64,000 bases of DNA, from contig JBBQGI010000001.1 of the NCBI GenBank assembly GCA_038322875.1, positions 20,372 to 84,371 of the forward strand, read 5' to 3'. The DNA comes from Candidatus Limnocylindria bacterium. Its GTDB lineage: Bacteria; Chloroflexota; Limnocylindria; QHBO01. The notes under the pieces are model-generated. The model made no database searches and was not told the DNA's origin. It worked only from the letters and a program-made list of their open reading frames with translations. Shown here piece by piece: positions 63,529 through 64,000 of the stretch (position 1 is the first letter of the stretch; each line of letters opens with the position of its first letter). Both the position numbers and the translations under genes were made by a program.

Positions 63529-64000
63529 CCGCTGCTGCCGAACCGATGATGGATGCCCCGGTCCACGTGGACCCTCGGGCGAGAGCGGAGATCCTGTTCG
63601 CGATCCTGCTCGCGATGTTCCTCTCCGCGCTGGATCAGACCATCGTCGGTACCGCGCTGCCCACGATCATGACCCAACTTCACGGCAACGACCTCTACAC
63701 CTGGGTGGTCACGATCTACCTGCTGACCGCGACCATCAGCGGACCGATCTACGGCAAGCTCTCCGACCAGTTCGGGCGCCGGCCGATGCTGATGTTCGGG
63801 GTGAGCCTTTTCCTGATCGGATCGGCGCTCTCCGGGCTCTCGCAGGAGGCGTGGCAGCTGATCGCGGCACGTGGCCTGCAGGGCCTCGGCGCTGGCGCCA
63901 TCTTCCCCATCGCGCTGGCCGTGATCGGCGATCTCTTCACCCCTGCCGAGCGGGGCAAGTACCAGGGACTGTTCGGAGCCGTCTTCGGCGTCAGCGCCCT
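63525..64000 (+). CDS. MFS drug-efflux transporter (EmrB/QacA-like), 5' partial in window
   Basis: TTG/ATG start overlapping marR stop; motif A (GKLSDQFGRRPM) and TM helices; runs off window end. Confidence 0.75.
   Translation, partial: MTAAAEPMMDAPVHVDPRARAEILFAILLAMFLSALDQTIVGTALPTIMTQLHGNDLYTWVVTIYLLTATISGPIYGKLSDQFGRRPMLMFGVSLFLIGSALSGLSQEAWQLIAARGLQGLGAGAIFPIALAVIGDLFTPAERGKYQGLFGAVFGVSA

Overview
This window is about 70% GC and reads as chromosomal DNA from an actinobacterial-type genome. The evidence for that is GGAGG-type ribosome binding sites, F420-linked enzyme families, MMPL, GlgM, LigD-PolDom and Lhr. It is densely coding, with roughly 55 genes on both strands. It contains one tRNA (Gly-TCC, minus strand) and no CRISPR array, transposase, integrase or rRNA.

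Gene content by region:
- 0-10 kb: redox and housekeeping genes (TlpA-like thioredoxin, IspG, TrxB, a four-gene DUF1028/LLM/GDPD/MFS operon, MMPL).
- 11-13 kb: a secreted Vgb-like beta-propeller protein flanked by low-GC intergenic DNA.
- 14-19 kb: CoA-transferase, M15 peptidase, MFS and CaCA antiporter genes.
- 19.3-22.4 kb: a compact cyclic-nucleotide-type module (detailed below).
- 22.4-24.9 kb: tRNA-Gly, pirin and a VKOR-DsbA fusion.
- 25-27 kb: a GGDEF sensor.
- 27-30.6 kb: a four-gene ABC exporter cluster.
- 30.7-40.2 kb: a copper and redox block, comprising a TRASH protein translationally coupled to CopA, GlgM, a second ABC pair, a cupredoxin-fused NirK-type multicopper oxidase, a GAF histidine kinase, a NarL-type regulator and a Ddn-like F420 enzyme.
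- 40.6-55 kb: a DNA-repair neighbourhood, comprising Lhr helicase, a beta-CASP MBL nuclease, an ATP-dependent ligase, a frameshifted AlkZ/YcaQ-like glycosylase and a LigD polymerase domain, interleaved with DUF885, GNAT and amine oxidase genes.
- 55-64 kb: YihY, M23 peptidase, GlgP, a very large acidic HTH protein, a PEMT-like methyltransferase, a MarR regulator and a partial MFS gene.

The most unusual locus is the 19.3-22.4 kb module. It contains a Crp/Fnr-family regulator, a CRP-like palindromic box (TGTCG-N6-CGACA), a His-rich six-fold tandem-repeat small protein, a GAF protein, a cytoplasmic S8 subtilase and a convergent standalone cNMP-binding protein. Other notable observations:
- An MMPL C-terminal gene remnant lies upstream of lhr.
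- Overlapping palindromes sit in the copA/glgM divergent promoter.
- The AlkZ-like gene carries an apparent frameshift.
- There are several low-GC intergenic islands.

Coordinates of gene starts are approximate (within about 30 nt) where alternative start codons exist.
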